From positions 132,806,001 through 132,870,000 of the forward strand of contig NC_086097.1 of the NCBI RefSeq assembly GCF_963921235.1: 64,000 nucleotides of DNA, read 5' to 3'. This document shows, in pieces, positions 22,610 to 35,794 of this stretch; position 1 is the first letter of the stretch, and every line of letters starts with the position of its first letter. The notes beneath the pieces are model-generated. The model was not told the DNA's origin. It saw only the letters and a list, made by a program, of their open reading frames with translations, and made no database searches. Source of the stretch: Mobula hypostoma (taxonomy: Eukaryota). Position numbers and translations under genes: made by a program.

Positions 22610-24890
22610 AGACCATAAGACATAACAGCAGAATTAGGCCATTTGGCCTGTTGCATCTGCTCCACCATTCAATCATGGCTGATCCTTTTTTACCCCTCCT
22701 CAGTACCACTCCCCAGCCTTCTTCCCATGACCTTTGATGCCCTGTCCAGTCAAGAACCTATCAAGCTCTGCCTTAAGTACACCCAACGACCTTGCCTCCA
22801 CAGCTGCCTATGGTAATAAATTCCACAATTTCACCACCCTCTGGTTAAAGAAATTTCCCCACATCTCTATTTTAAATGCCCCTCTATCCCAAGGTTGTGA
22901 CTTCTTGTCCTAGACTCCCCCTCCATGGAAAACTTCCGTTCCACATCTACTCTGTCTAGGCCTTTCAACATTTGAAGATTTCAATGCGATCTCCCCCATC
23001 CTTCTAGATTCCAGTGAGTACAGACCCAGAGCTATGAAACCTTCCTCATATGATAACACTTTTATTCCTGGAATCATCCTTGTGAACCTCCTCTGAAACC
23101 TTTCCAATGCCAGCACATCTTTCCTTAGATCATGAGCCCAAAACTGTTCTCAATACTCAAAGTGCGGCCTCACCAATGCCTTTTAAAGTCTGAGCATCAC
23201 ATTCCTGCTCTTGTATTGTAGACCTCTTGAAATGAATGCTAACATTGCATTTGCCTTCCTTACCACTGATTCTATCTGCAAGTTATCCTTTAGGTTGTTC
23301 TGCACAAGACTCCCAAGTCCCTTTGCATCTCAGATTTTATGATTTTCTCCCCATTTAGAAAATAGTCTGCACATTATTTCTGTTACCAAAGTGCATGACC
23401 ATGCATTTTCCAACAGTGCACTTCATTTGCCACTCTCTTGCCCATTTTCCTAATCTGTCTAAGTCCTTCTGCAGCCTACCTGTTTCCTGAGCACTACCAG
23501 CCCCTCCACCATTCTTTGTATCATTTGAAAATGTAACCATCTATTTCGTCGTCCTAAACCATTGATATACAGTGTAGTTGCATGACTGAAGTCACCGAGA
23601 AGATTACCGTTAGATGCAAAACAGCTTCTTTGTTCGACAAAACAAGGTACAGCAGGTATCATATAGAGGTGCTTTGGGCGGAAAGGTCTGCTGGCCCAAT
23701 GTGGGACTCAATGTTTTATTAGCTAAACTTCAAAGGACAATTCCATATTTACAATATATGGACAATGCTTTCTTTGAAACTACATACAACCTTCACACCT
23801 CCTGATGCATATCCACACCACAGACATCCAAATGAATTTTAATCAGCATTGTCTGATTAGGATTCACAGCTTTTAGGAACCCATTGTTCAGAGCTGCACT
23901 CCAAATTAAATGCACAATACATTTTCAGATGTGAAAACTGGTAGCCAAAGCCAATTGTTAAATGTTTATGTCCTAACCCAAAAATCACTCTAACATATAA
24001 CATGAAAAGAAGAGGTCCCAACGCCAACCCCTGCAGAACACAACTAGTCATTGGCAGCCAACCAGAAAAGGGCCTTTTTCCTCACTCACTGCCTCCTACC
24101 AATCAGCCAATGTTCGAACCATGTCAGTAACTTTCCTGTAATACCATGGGGACTTAACTCAGTAGTCAGCTTCATGTGTGGCACCCTGTCAAAGGCCTTC
24201 TGAAAGTCAAAATGTACAACATCCTCTGCATTCCCTTTATCTATCCTACCTTTAATCTTCTCACAGAATTCCAACAGGTTCATCAGGCAAGACTTTCCCT
24301 TAAGGAAACCATGCTGACTTTGTCCTATCTTATCCGGTGTCTCCAAGTACTCCATAACCTCATCCTTAACAATTGACTCCAACATCTTCCCAACCACCAA
24401 GGTCAGGCTAACTGGCCTATAATTTGCTTTCTGCCTTCTTAAAGAGTAGAGTGATATTTGCAATTTTCCAGTCAGAATCCAATGATTTTTGAAAGATCAT
24501 TACTAATACCTCCACAGTTTCTACTGCTACTATTTTCAGAAGCTTAGGATGCAGTTCATCTGATCCGGGTGACTTAAGTATCCTTATGTCTTTCAGCTTT
24601 TTGAGCACCTTCTCCCTTGTAATAATAACTGCACTCACTTCTTCTCCCTTGCACCCTTCAAAATCTGGCACACTGCTGGTGTCTTTCACAGTGAAATCTG
24701 ATGCAAAATACTCATTTAGTTCATCTACCATCTCCTTGACCCCCATTATTATTTCTCCAGCCTCATTTTCTAGCCATTCTATATCCATTCTCATCTCTCT
24801 TTTATTTCTAACATACTTGAAAAAGTTTTTACTACCCTCTTTTTTGTGTTTTTTGTTTGTTCTTTGTGGTTCCTAGCTTGCTTTCATATT
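22610..24890 (-). mobile_element. CR1 LINE ORF2 fragment, interrupted at ~23573-23995
   Basis: NYRPVSLT.VVGKMLE, QHGFLKGKSCL.NLLEF, DFQKAFDRVPH, LERFQRRFTRMIPG. (CATAAGA) tail at 22612. Confidence 0.92.
23573..23995 (-). mobile_element. Probable solo LTR
   Basis: TGTAG...CTAACA termini. It interrupts the CR1 RT at a TATA site, with a 3-nt offset on the left. Confidence 0.55.
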
Positions 24891-24904
24891 ACACCTCTAT
24901 TCAA

Positions 24905-25748
24905 AAGGTTCAAAGGAACATCTAAACAAGCCTGATGCATTTTGGAAACAAGTCCTGTGGACTGATGAAGTTCAAATAAAACTTCTTGGCCGCAATGAGC
25001 AAAGGTATGTTTGGAGAGAAAAGGGTGCAGAATTTCATGAAAAGAACCCTCTCCAACTGTTAAACATGGGGGTGGATCGATCATGCTTTGGGCTTGTGTC
25101 GCAGCCAGTGGCATAGGGAACATTTACTGGAAGAGGGAAGAATGAATTCAATTAAATACCAGCGAATTCTGGAAGCAAACATCACACCGTCTGTAAAAAA
25201 GCTGAAGATGAAAAGAGGATGGCTTCTACAACAGGATAATGAACCAAAAAACACCTCAAAATCCACAATGGACTACCTTAAGAGGCGCAAACTGAAGGTT
25301 TTGCCATGGCCCTCATGGTCCCCTGACCTAAACATCATCAAGAATCTGTTGATAGACCTCAAAAGAGCAGTGCGTGCAAGGCAGCCCAAGAATCTCATAG
25401 AAGTAGAAACCTTTTGCAAGGAAGAATGGGCAAAAATCCCCCAAACAGGACTTGAAAGACTCTTAGCTGGCTGCAGAAAGTGTTTACAAGCTGTGATACT
25501 TGCCAAATGGGGTGTTACTAAGTACTGACCATGCAGGGTGCCCAAACTTTTGCTTCAGGCCCTTTTCCTTTTTTGTTATTTTGAAACTGTAAAAGATGGA
25601 AATAAAGAAGTTTTCTTGCTTAAAATATTAAAGAAATGTGTCATCTTTAACTTTATGCCTTTTTGAAATCAGTTCATCTTTTACTCGCTTAGCTATTCAC
25701 AGTAACAGAAATTTTGACCGGGGTGCCCAAACTTTTGGATACCACTAT
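24905..25748 (+). mobile_element. Tc1-family transposon, 3' half (DD34E domain + IR/DR right end)
   Basis: FWKQVLWTDE, TVKHGGGSIMLW, LQQDNEPKNTS, WPSWSPDLNIIKNL. Direct repeats GGGTGCCCAAACTTTTG at ~25536 and ~25721. Ends near TA. Confidence 0.92.
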
Positions 25749-26035
25749 ATGTCATTGGTATCAATAAGTACCAAGACATCTGGCTGCTCTCCCTCCCTCT
25801 CCAAAATGCTGTGGATAAGATCCAAGATGTCCCTGATCCTGGCAGCTGGGAGGTAACATACTATCCTGGTTTCCCATTCACATCCACAGAATCTCCTGTT
25901 CCTCTGACTATTGAGTCCCCATCACTACCGTTCCCCTCTTCTCCCTCTTTCTCCTCTGCACCACAGACCCATGCTCAGTGCCAGTAACTCGGTCTCTGTG
26001 GCAATCCCCTGGGAGGTCATTCCCCAGAACAGTAT

Positions 26036-26225
26036 CCCATTCTGATATGTCTATCCACGGCCTCCTCTACTGTAAAGATGAAGCCACACTCAGGTTGGAG
26101 GAACAACACCTTGTATTCCGTCTGGGTAGCCTCCAACCTGATGGCATGAACACTGACTTCTCTAACTTCCGCTAATGCCCCACCTCCCCCTTATACCCCA
26201 TCTGTTATTTACTTATATATACACA
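26036..26225 (+). mobile_element. Young Penelope GIY-YIG 3' fragment
   Basis: Near-identical to the reverse complement of 46770-46960 (HSDMSIHGLLYCKDEATLRLEEQHL.FRLGSLQPDGMN.DFSNFR). Confidence 0.9.
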
Positions 26226-26239
26226 CACACGCACACACA

Positions 26240-26342
26240 CGCAACTGCAGTGAGGAGAAGGAGGTGGACGCCTTCTACAGTAAACTTCATGAAGCTGTCA
26301 CTTCAATACCGGCACATAACTTCTTGGCTGTGCTCGGCGATT
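26240..26342 (+). mobile_element. Internal ~100-bp fragment of the RTE family found at 42668-46010 (endonuclease region)
   Basis: CAACTGCAG..AGGAGAAGGA.GTGGA.GCCTTCTAC.GTAAACTTCATGAAGCTGTCACTTCAATACC matches the reverse complement of ~45135-45235. Confidence 0.85.
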
Positions 26343-26469
26343 GGCCTCCTGTGACCATTTCCTAATAGTCTTCTTGATTACAGGCTACCGCTGGACCAGA
26401 GCGGCAACCTGGACTAGGCTGTAAGAAAACCTGGCCGCTGGACTAGGCTATAAGGAAAGGTAAGACGTA

Positions 26470-27120
26470 CTAGGCTTGATTTCCCTGGACTCTAAAGTGT
26501 CAGAGGCTGAGGAGGGACCAGATTTTTTTTTAATAACGAGAGGCATAAATAGGGTAGATATTGAGAACCTTTTCGCCAGGGTAGAAATGCCAAAGACTAG
26601 GTGACATACTTTTAAGTTTAGAGGGGCAATGGGTAAAGGCCATGCAATGGACATTTTTTTTTACGTGGAGACTAGTAGGTGCCTGGAATTAGTTACCAGA
26701 GTAATAGTGGAAGCAGGAAGTTCGGTGGAGTTTAAGAGGCTTTCAGATTGACACATTGTGGTAAACCATGTATATATGTTGTAACTCGGTTACCTGTCTG
26801 GACACACCCCTCTGCTGACTGCCCCTGTGGCTCCTCCCACAGAGTCCTGTATAAAGGTGTTCGCCTTGCCCCTCCCCCTCAGTCCGGGGGCAGACACTCA
26901 CTGTGGAGGTCGTATTGTACAGCGAATAAAAGCCTTTCAGTATTTTACCAAACCTCAGTCTTTTGGAGTAATTGAAGGTGCTTCACACATGAATATGAAA
27001 AAATGGAGGAATATAAATGATACATAGGAGGAGGACGTTTAATATAAATTGGCATCAAGATGAGCACAGCATCATGGGTCAAATATCCTGTCCAGTGTTC
27101 TATGAAGTTGTATATCTCTA
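26470..27120 (+). mobile_element. CR1 3' fragment containing a solo LTR
   Basis: LGLISL...RLRRD...FFTWR.VGAWN-like 3' ORF2 remnants and tail. Confidence 0.75.
26757..26985 (+). mobile_element. Short solo LTR (229 bp), 5-bp TSD
   Basis: TG...CA termini. TSD CACAT at 26752-26756 and 26986-26990. TATAAA at ~26850 and AATAAA at ~26925. Confidence 0.88.
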
Positions 27121-27587
27121 AATGTGAAAAAGCTTTCCTGCTGTTTCTGCCACACACAAGCTTCCCAGTTGGAGATTTAAAAACGTACATGACCTTTCAG
27201 TGTACTTCCACTTTTAATTAGCTTTGCTTGTTGCTTATGGCTCCACACTGAGTTACTGCATATTTCATGCCATTTTGTAAAAGACGGAAATGCTTACTTT
27301 TTAAACTCTTCTCTTGTGAAAATTAAACAGGGAAATAAATAAAATCATAGGCTGGCTCAATAAAGGGGAGAAATGCTGTAATACTCAGCAGATCAAGCAG
27401 TATCTGGGAAGAGAGAAACAGCGTTAATGTTTCAGGTAAGAGACCCTTCGCCAGAATAGGGAAATTGGAAAAAGAAGCTGGCTTCAAGTTGCAGAGCTTC
27501 TGAGACAGTGATCGATAGGATAAGATAAATACAGTATCTTTAATAAAATTAGTGTATATTATATTAACCTAGAAAGTACGCCATTAG

Positions 27588-28262
27588 ATTATGAGAACAC
27601 TCAGTCCTCTTTTATTGTCATTTAGAAATGCATACATACATTAAGAAATGATACAATGCTTCTCCGGAGTGATATCACAGAAAACAAGACAGACCAAAGA
27701 CTAACACTGACAGAACCACATAATTATAACATATAGTTACAGCAGTGCAAAGCAATACCATAATTTGATAAAGAACCCACCATAGGCACAGTAAAAAAAA
27801 GTCTCAAAGTCCCGAGTCGATTGACTCCCGAGTCCCCAATAGCAGGCGGCAAAAGGGAGAAACTCCCTGCCATAAACCTCCAGGCACCGTCAACTTGCCG
27901 ATACCTTGGAAGCAGCCGACCCCAGCCGACCCTGAGTCCATCCGTCCGAAAACTCCAAGCTTCCGAGCAGCCTCTCCGATACAGCCTCCTGAGCACCATC
28001 CTCTGCCGAGCGCCTTCAACCTCTCCCTGGCCACTGAAACACGCAAAGCCGAGGATTTCAGGGCCTTCAGCTCCGGAGATTCCGGTTACCACACAGTAGC
28101 AGCGGTAGCAAAGCAGGCATTTCAGAAGTTTTCCAGATATCTGCTGTGCTCTCACATCTGACTCCATCAAATCAGGATTGTGCACGGTCCCTTACTTGAC
28201 AAATAACAGACATTCATCACCGAAGTGGCCGCGCGCGCTGTTGTCGCACTGCCATCTTCTCC
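27588..28262 (-). mobile_element. CpG-rich non-autonomous retroelement with Rex1-like 3' tail
   Basis: Minus strand starts AAGATGGC and ends ...GACAATAAAAG. No coding capacity. Retained CpGs suggest it is young. Confidence 0.6.
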
Positions 28263-29769
28263 CCCCTTAACATAAGCACTGCTGGCAAGATTGGCACTGC
28301 CCTCGAGAATGTTGTAGTGGTGAGATGCACTAATGAATCAAAGTGAGGAAGGATATATTGTTGATAGATCAAGAGATTGAGGGGGAATTGGCCAGGGAGG
28401 GATTTGAGGCCTGAGGTCAGTCAGCCATGATTATATTGAATGGCGACAGGCTCCCTCTTTCTTGTGTTCTGTGTACTACTGTGGGTGCAGTGAAGTCCAT
28501 CTGCACTAGTGTGGAAGATTGCATTAGACCTAAAGGAATGATAATATGTCTCCCAAATGCGTGACTTAGAGGAGTGATGTTCCCATCCAACCTTGCTTTT
28601 GAGGGCAGACATCATAGGTTTGAGAGGTGGTGTTGGAATAAGCCAAGTGAGAACTGGAGTCTATCTTATGGTAGGGACCCACTGCAGCCACTGTACACTG
28701 GCAGTGAGATGAATGAGCATGAAGAGAGGAATCAAATGAACAGACAGCTAGGCCATTGACAAAGGAACATAAGAAAAGTTTTTCTTTGTTGACCTCACAT
28801 CTGTTGACCAGTAAGTTTAAAATTGCATTACCTGAAGTGCAGTGAACGCACATTCAAACTAAGCAGAGGTTTGTACTTAAAATGGAGATGGAGCAGGGTG
28901 AATGGAACAAATTGGAAAGTCCTTTCAAAATGTTGAATGAAACTTGCTTCTTTGAGCCCAATGACCTCCTTCGATGCTGACTGAAATAGAATTAAATATA
29001 AATGATAGTGAGAAGAAAAATGTGAGAAATTCCAATCTCCTTTAAGTAGCCTCACATCTCTGAGGATTGTAAATGGTTTTTGATTGTGCAGAACAGCCCT
29101 TCGGTTGAGTGACAGTGGGAGACGCAGTGTGTGCTGTGAACAGGTGTTCTGCAATCAATGACATTATCATTAGTCTACAGTTAAATCAGCAGCATGCCTT
29201 TCACATTTGGGAATTACAGTAGAGCTCATAAATCCATTCCACTCTGTCATTTTCTTTTTGAAGAGGGTGGCCGAAAAAAAATTAAATACGGAACGATAGT
29301 CACAAAATGAGCAAGCCAAAAAGCTGTGATGTCCCATTGTCCCTTTAAGATGTACACCCGAAGAAGAGCTGGCAACTTTCTCAATTAAGTATTTCCTACC
29401 TTCCTGAGTAAAAAGAATTGCAGAGCAGCTATCTGGCACTAGTATTTTTCCCAAACAATACAAAACCGCTTCAAAAATTAGTTGCGCAAATGAATATATT
29501 GGAATCTCTTGTGGAGAGGAACATGTTAATTAAAGCTACCGTTAGCTTGAACCTATTCTGAAATAGAAACCTTATCTCTGCTAATAGAGACAAAAGCAAT
29601 AGCTTTGATACGTTCAAGGGCAGCATTTATTACTCACCCTCATTGCCCTTTTGTGTGAAGATGCTTCCCATGGTGCTGTTGTGGAAGGAGTTCCAGGAGT
29701 TGGACCCAATGACAACATTTTCAAGTCAAGATCAAGTGCAACACAGGGGGGAAGCCTGCAGAGAGTCAT

Positions 29770-30250
29770 CGATTCCTACAGTGCAGACACAAATCCTTTA
29801 GCCTAACTGGTCCAGGCCAACTACGATTTCTATCAAAACCAGTCCCAGTTACCTTAGAGGCCCATATCCCTCTAAATATTTCCTATCCATGTAACTGTCC
29901 AAGTAGCTTTTAAATATTGTTAATGTACCTGTCTCAACCACTTTCTCTCATTTCATGTACTGACCACTTTCATGTGAAGGGGAGCAGAAAACACTGCTCC
30001 ACATGTTTCTAATCCAAAAATTCTCTCTTACCTTATACCTTTGCCCTCTAGTCTCAGAGGCCCCTACCCTGGGAAGAGGACTGTGCACATTCAGCATATC
30101 TATGATCTTCATAATTTTCTACGTATCTATAAGGCTGACCCTTATTCTCCTGCACTCCGATTAAAAACTCCCAATCTGTTCAACACCTCTGTATAACTCA
30201 ATCCCTTACGTCCCAGTGACATCTTTGCAAATCTCCACTGCACTTTTTCC
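29770..30250 (-). mobile_element. CR1 3' fragment
   Basis: EKVQWRFAKM..G..GLSY.E.LNRLG motif and 3'UTR. Confidence 0.75.
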
Positions 30251-30436
30251 ACCTGAACTGGACTGTGTAAAGCAGCAGTGTGACCATCTGAGAAGGAAAC
30301 CTGCTTCTTTTTCCTCTTCTTTCTCCTTTCCTCTGAACCATTCAACCGTGGGACCCATACTTACTGAGATTTCCCTCCATTACTTACCACTCCAATCCAT
30401 GGAAATGAGTAATTAGATTGTAATTGCTACACGTAC

Positions 30437-31350
30437 AGGATAGACAAAGAAGAATCAGTTGATGTTGTGTACTTGGATTTTCAGAAGGCCTTCGACAAGG
30501 CGCCACACATGAAGCTGTTTAAAAAGCTATGAGCACATGGTATTACAGGAAAGATCCCAGCATGGATAAAGCAGTGGCTTATTGGCAGGAGACAAAGAGT
30601 GAGAATAAAGGGAGTCTTTTCTGACTGGCTGACAGTGACTAGCAGTGGTCCACAGGGGTCTGTGTTGGGACTGATTCTTTTTACATTATATGTCAATAAC
30701 TTAGATGATGGAATTGATGACCTTGTTGCAAAGTTTGCGGATGATATGAAGACAGATGGAGGGGCAGATAGTTTTTGAGGAAGTAGAGAGGTTACAGAAG
30801 GCCTTCGACAGATTAGAAGAATGGGCAAAGACATGGCAGATGGAATAGAGTATAAAGAAGTGTATAGTCATATACCTTGGTAGAAGGAATGAAAAGGTTG
30901 ACTATTTTCTAAATGGAGAGAAAATACAAAAAAACTGAGGCACAAAGGGCTTAATAGTGCTTGTGCAAGATTCCTTAAAGGTCTATGGTGAGGAAGGCAG
31001 GTGCGATGTTAGCATGTATTTCGAGAGGACTAGAATATACAAGCAAGGCTGTAATATTGAAACTTTATAAAGCATTGGTGAGGCCTCACTTGGAGTATTA
31101 TGAGCAGTTTTGGGCCCCTTATCTTAGAAAGGATGTGCTGAAACTGGAGAGGGTTCAAAGGAGGCCCACAAAAATGATTCCAAGATTGAATGGCGTGTCA
31201 AATGCAGAGTGTTTGATGGCTATGGGTCTGTATTCACTGGAATTCAGAAGAATGAGGGGAAGATCTCATTGAAACCTATAGAATGGTGAAAGACCTTGAT
31301 AGAGTGGATGTGGAGAGGATGTTTCCTATGGTGGGCGAGTCTAAGACAGA
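30437..31350 (+). mobile_element. CR1 RT fragment
   Basis: VVYLDFQKAFDKAPH, KFADD, ORF 30985-31272 (LYKALVRPHLEY...LERVQRR). Confidence 0.9.
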
Positions 31351-32339
31351 TCATCCCTACACTTTGTCAAGATAGTACAATAGGAATAAAAAAAGGCAGA
31401 CTGTTGAATACACTCTTTATACATTGTTTGATAATAAATGCACTTTGAATTTTTGAATCTTTGTCATCATGGTTACATGGAATCTGTAATGCAGGTAAAC
31501 AAATTAAGATTAGTCATAATGAGGTAAGCTGTAAGGTCAAAAGTGCATCTTTACTGTATAAGAGGTCTGCTCAAGAGTCTGAGTACAGCAGGGTAGAAAC
31601 TGATCTTAACCCTGATAATATGTGTTTTCAAGCTTAATCAACTTCTGCCCAATTAGAAAGGAGAGAAGAGAAAATGATTAGGGTGGAAGAGGTCCTTGAT
31701 TATGTTGGCTGCTTTCCTGAGGCAGCACAAGTGTAGACAATCAATGGAGGGAAGTTTAGATTTCATGAAGGGCTACATTCATTGCTCTCTGCAATTTCTT
31801 TGTTGTCCTGGGCAGAGCAGTTGTCATTCCAAGCTGTAATGCACCCAGATATGGGACTGGTTAAAATGAGCTTAGCAGATGACACATCCAGGAGGCAGCT
31901 GGGAAAGTAGATAACTTTTGAATATTACTTTAATTTAATATCTACATTTCCATGCATTTTAATGAACCCTTTACATTTGCAGATGATTATGTATATGGAT
32001 AGGAGGGGTTTAGAGGGATATGGGCCAAATGTGGACATTCGGGCTAACTTGGTTGGCATGGACAAGTTTGGCTGATGAGTCTGTTTCTATGCTGTATTAC
32101 CCTATAGCTATATAAAATATGGGATATACAGTATAAAGACAGTCTTTCCCCAACTATCAGCGTAGTCCCCTATTCCCTTCTCTCTCATGTGTTTGTTCAG
32201 TCTCTCCTTAAATGAATCTACACTATTCACCTCAATTACTCTTCACCATAGCAAATTCCACATTCTTACCACTCTCTGGGTGAAGAAGCGTATTCTACAT
32301 TTCCTTTTAACTTCTTTAAAAGTGTCAATAATTCGATAT

Positions 32340-33050
32340 TTCAAAGGTTTCAAAGGTACATTTAATGTCATGGAAATGTATACAATATACATCCTGAAAT
32401 TCTTTTTCTTCGCAACTATTCACAAAAACAGAGTGCCCCAAAGGATGAATGAGAGTTAAATGTTAGAACCCCAAAGTCCCCCTGCAGCACCCCTCCCTCC
32501 CATGCGTAAGTGGCAGCAAGCAACTATCCCCCCTCCTCCGCACTGGCAAAAAAAAGCATTGGCACCCGTCACCAAGCACTCAAGTGTGCAGCAAAAGCAA
32601 CAGCAAAGACACAGACTTGCTGTACTTCAAAGCCTACATGTTCACCAGGTATTCGACGTACCACAGGTTCTCTCTCTCCCGAATAGGGGAGGAAGAGATG
32701 TCTCCGCTTCACAGCAAGAGGGGAGACATAACAAACAACTCGCTGGTTTACAATGTTAAGAGTCCACTGCGTCACTTTTTCCAAGCTCTGTGCCCAAAGA
32801 TCTTAGGTCTCTGGGCACACAGCCAAAGATCTTTAAGTTCCCACGAGACACCAGGGCACCGACCATTGATCCTCCCGTCTCCAGAGCCCCGAGATCCTAG
32901 GCCTCCAAAGGCGAGCTGAACTCTTAGGCCGAGTCCTTGGTATGTCGGATAATGGCCAGTCACGACACCCCGAGAGCCAGTTCCATTCCCACAAAGGACC
33001 AAAGTCAGCGTGTAACTCCAGGTCAGGGTCTTCAAAAGAATCTTTAAATT
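32340..33050 (-). mobile_element. Non-autonomous retroelement with Rex1/Babar-like 3' tail
   Basis: Tail (TTCAAAGG)2...TACATCCTGAAATTC. Homologous to 6990-7402. CpG-rich body. Confidence 0.6.
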
Positions 33051-34266
33051 ATTTACATCAATTTTAATAGCTCTTGAATTTGCCTGAGTACCCAAAGTAC
33101 TTAAAAGCATTCAAAGCCAGCATTACACCAAGAAACAGAAAGCAGGCAGTACACAGCTGGAGTGTTGGTCTCACTGTAGGAAAAAATGTCATTACATTAG
33201 AGATTGTGCAGAGGAGATTCAGCAGGATATTGCCTGAGAGGGAACATTTGATTAATGAGAAGAGACTGGAGTAAGTCAGCTAGTTTTCCTTGGCGTGTAG
33301 GAGGCTGATAAGGAATCTGATAGAGGTATACAGGGCTTAGATAGGGTTGATAGTATGAAATCATTGATAAATATCTATCTTTCAGTCTCTCTACATTTTG
33401 ATGGCTTGTTCATCAGACTCAAGGACAGCTTCGGTCTGGTTGTTATCAGATTCTTGAATGTACTCTCATATGCTAAAAATGAACTCTTGCTTTCCCAATC
33501 AACTCGTCACGGTGTTTGTGCTTATTTTTCTGCACTGCACTATCTCTGTAACTGAAACACTACATTCTGCTTTCTATTTTTCTTTTTACAACCTTGCTGG
33601 TGTAAAAACAAAAGCTTTTCACTGTATCTCTGTACACATGACAATAATAACTCAACCCCAAAACAATTTTTCACCAGGAATTATTCACACATCATTCTAG
33701 GCTGCCTTGGAACTAGAATCTCGATTCACCCTTAAAGATTCATCTACTTTCCTAATTGCACCATATAGTATTTAGAGTAGAACTGGTAAGTTTGCAAAAT
33801 TGTGAGTGCTTATAAAATCTTCAACGAATTGTTACGTTATTCTTTTGCTCTAATGTATACACTCTCAATCTGCTGTTTTGCTTTCTTTTTATTTGCTTTT
33901 CATGATTATTAAATTGTTCTCTGGGAAGTTATTCCTTCACATGGTAACAGGATAAGAATAGCTTATAATATCTCTCAACTCTCTTGTTTTTCTCTTATAG
34001 ATTTCTGAGTGTGTCTAGTGTATTGAATGAATAATAGTTTTTCCCTATCTCAAGCTGATTCGTAAATTTTGTTCCCATAAAGCTTCTGTGTATCCTAAAT
34101 AATTTTGGAAATCAATGTTGCCTTATTTTATCTGCAAGACTTCCTGTCTCCCACATACTTCACTGTGTTCAAGCTTTTCTGTCTAGCACATATTAAAGAA
34201 TTAGGTCTCTAGAGCTCAGGTATCTTCTTCACCTTCACGGCTTGATGAATTACTTTATACTTACAC

Positions 34267-34308
34267 TCATTCCATAAGACCATAAGATCATTCCATAAGA
34301 CCATAAGA
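34267..34308 (+). repeat. Perfect 21-bp tandem duplication at a CR1 tail junction
   Basis: TCATTCCATAAGACCATAAGA occurs twice in tandem. Confidence 0.95.
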
Positions 34309-35160
34309 CAGAGGAGGAGATTTAAGCCATTCATCCCATTGAGTCTGCTTCATCATTTGTGCATGGCTGATTTATTTTCCTTCTCAGCCGCTTTCTCCTG
34401 CTTTCTCTCCATAATATTTGACATCCTTAATAATCAAGAATCTATCAATCTCCACTTTAAATATAAGCAATTGCTTTGCCTTTTCTGGCATCTGTGGCAT
34501 TAAATTTCAGAGATCCACCTCTGGAATTTTCCTCTGGTCTAAAGAGACCTCCTTGCTTTTTGAGACAGTATCTTCTGGTCCTAGACTCTTGCACTATTGG
34601 AAACTTGCTCTTCGTGTCACTCTATCTGAACCATTCAATAATCAATAGATTTCAATGAGATGCCCCCTCATCCTAGTACAGCAAGTACAGGCTCAGAGCC
34701 ATCAAATTCTCTTCATACTCTTTTGTTCCTGAGATCACCCTCATAAAATTCCTCTCCAATGCTTTCTTATATATAAAAGTGCACATTGTATCCCAAATAC
34801 CGTCTGCCCAATGACTTATAAAGCCTCAGTGTTATACCCTTGCTTTTATATTCTTGTCCCCTCAAAATGAATGTTAACATTGCATTTGCCTTCCTTATTA
34901 CCAAGTCAATCTGCAAGTTAATCTTTAGGGAATCCTGCACTAGAACTCCCAAGTCCCTTTACGCCTCTGATTTCTGTATTCACTCCCTAGTCAGAATATA
35001 TTTTCACCTTTATTTCTTCTACACTTCCCAATGCTGTATTCCATCTGCCACATCTTTGCACATTCTTCTAATCTGTACAAGTCCTTCTGCAGACACCATG
35101 CTTCCTCAAAATTACCTGCCCTTCAATCTACCTTTGTGTCACCTGCTAACTTGGCCACAA
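34290..35160 (-). mobile_element. CR1 3' fragment
   Basis: GVLVQDSLK...KANAML.FI.RG.EYKS. Confidence 0.85.
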
Positions 35161-35794
35161 AACCGGGCCACAATTCCTGCTAACTTGTCAATGAATATTT
35201 TCCTTCACAACAGTCAACAGTGCAATATACCATTGTTTACTTCATAATGATTTCTTACAATCTAATGATGCTGTAAACTCAACATATGTTCATCTTTCAA
35301 CCAGGTGGTTTCTGGTTCCAATATGGACAGGGTTATTCCAATGGTAATTTGCAGCATAGTCAAAGTTGAAATAAATGTTATTACCAACATACTGTACAAC
35401 CACATACAACCCTGAGATTCATTTTCCTGCGGGCATGCTCAGCATAGTAACTACAATAGGATCAATGAAAGATCAAATGCTAGTGGTATTTTGCAGCTTT
35501 GTGACTGTGCACTGATGTCCATCCCTGGACATTCTATATAAACCTCTCTCTTCGCTTTTACCTCCATCCTCAGTCCAAGATGTGTACCTGGTTGAAACAT
35601 CCCACTTCACCTTCACCAGTGCTGATACAACTGTTGAAAGGACAAAGGGATGAAGAAGAAGGTACAGAATTTCTAGATAGCACGAATCTTTTTTCTCTGG
35701 AACAGACATATTTAAAACTAGAGGTCTCAAGGTTGAAGCTATACAGTAGCAGGTCTAGAGGTGATCCAAGGAAGAAGTCTTTCACTTGAAAGGG

